This document shows positions 63,634-64,000 of a DNA stretch of 64,000 bases, piece after piece. Position numbers and translations under genes: made by a program. Positions within the stretch are counted from its first letter, which is position 1, and every line of letters starts with the position of its first letter. The DNA lies in contig CAVSGG010000006.1 in NCBI GenBank assembly GCA_963727455.1, forward strand, positions 32,001-96,000. Reading direction: 5' to 3'. Source of the stretch: Candidatus Krumholzibacteriota bacterium. Its GTDB lineage: Bacteria > Krumholzibacteriota > Krumholzibacteriia > JAJRXK01. Under the pieces are notes generated by a model, which saw only the letters and a list, made by a program, of their open reading frames with translations, searched no databases and was not told the DNA's origin.

Positions 63634-63662
63634 TTGACGCTTGCCGGAAGCGGGCGTAGGCT
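63634..63662 (+). promoter_or_regulatory. sigma70 promoter TTGACG-N17-TAGGCT
   Basis: Upstream of the ferredoxin gene. Confidence 0.5.
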
Positions 63663-63725
63663 TCGCCTTCGAAGCATCCGGCTCTGACCCGGGAGATCTC
63701 CAGCTCCGTCAAGGAGGACCATTCG

Positions 63726-64000
63726 ATGACCCACATCGTCACCGCTCGTTGCATAGACTGCCGCTACACCGACTGTGTCGAAGCTTGTCCGGTCGATTGT
63801 TTCTGGGAGATTCAGGATCCTCACATGCTGGTAATCGACCCCGATACGTGTATCGACTGTACTCTCTGCGTCGAGGAGTGCCCGATCCGGGCGATTTGGC
63901 CCGAGGACGATCTTCCCGAGGAATATGCGGAATGGACGGACAAGAACCGTGATCTTTTCGAGGGTGGAACGAACGTCACCGAAATGACGGGTCCGCTCGA
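63726..64000 (+). CDS. fdxA: FdxA-type dicluster ferredoxin (runs off window end)
   Basis: AAGGAGG RBS; MTHIVTARCIDCRYTDCVEACPVDCF...CIDCTLCVEECP. Confidence 0.9.
   Translation, partial: MTHIVTARCIDCRYTDCVEACPVDCFWEIQDPHMLVIDPDTCIDCTLCVEECPIRAIWPEDDLPEEYAEWTDKNRDLFEGGTNVTEMTGPL

Overview
64-kb, GC-rich bacterial chromosomal window. The C-terminal FlgD-Ig/T9SS-like 'PNPFNPSTTI' domains, a 'TVGRLKSLF'-type C-terminal motif, a kinase-TPR protein and many lipoproteins suggest an FCB-related candidate phylum such as Ca. Krumholzibacteriota or Eisenbacteria (inference). Housekeeping genes: sdhCAB, moaA, moeB, thyA-folA, a ferredoxin, Ppx-DUF47-PiT and a HAD-ECH fusion. Extracytoplasmic/proteolytic genes: a thioester alpha-2-macroglobulin (broken by three 1-bp indels), three S9 peptidases, an S1 protease lipoprotein, FlgD-Ig and FG-GAP proteins and OmpA. 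I found no rRNA, tRNA, CRISPR array, transposase or integrase. Best leads: (1) a lower-GC cassette in which a small secreted pro-peptide-like ORF abuts a TPR-AAA+(GAFTGA)-HTH sigma54 activator, followed by three palindromes at exact 34-bp spacing, a candidate peptide-signalling system; (2) an S1 protease followed by a stand-alone copy of its own pro-domain; (3) a covarying ~170-bp structured repeat in inverted orientation on both sides of a Ser/Thr kinase gene; (4) a structured, terminator-ended ncRNA candidate beside a membrane-anchored HTH sensor; (5) a bistable leader ahead of a giant secreted protein with high-expression codon bias. All product calls come from motif recognition, not database searches.
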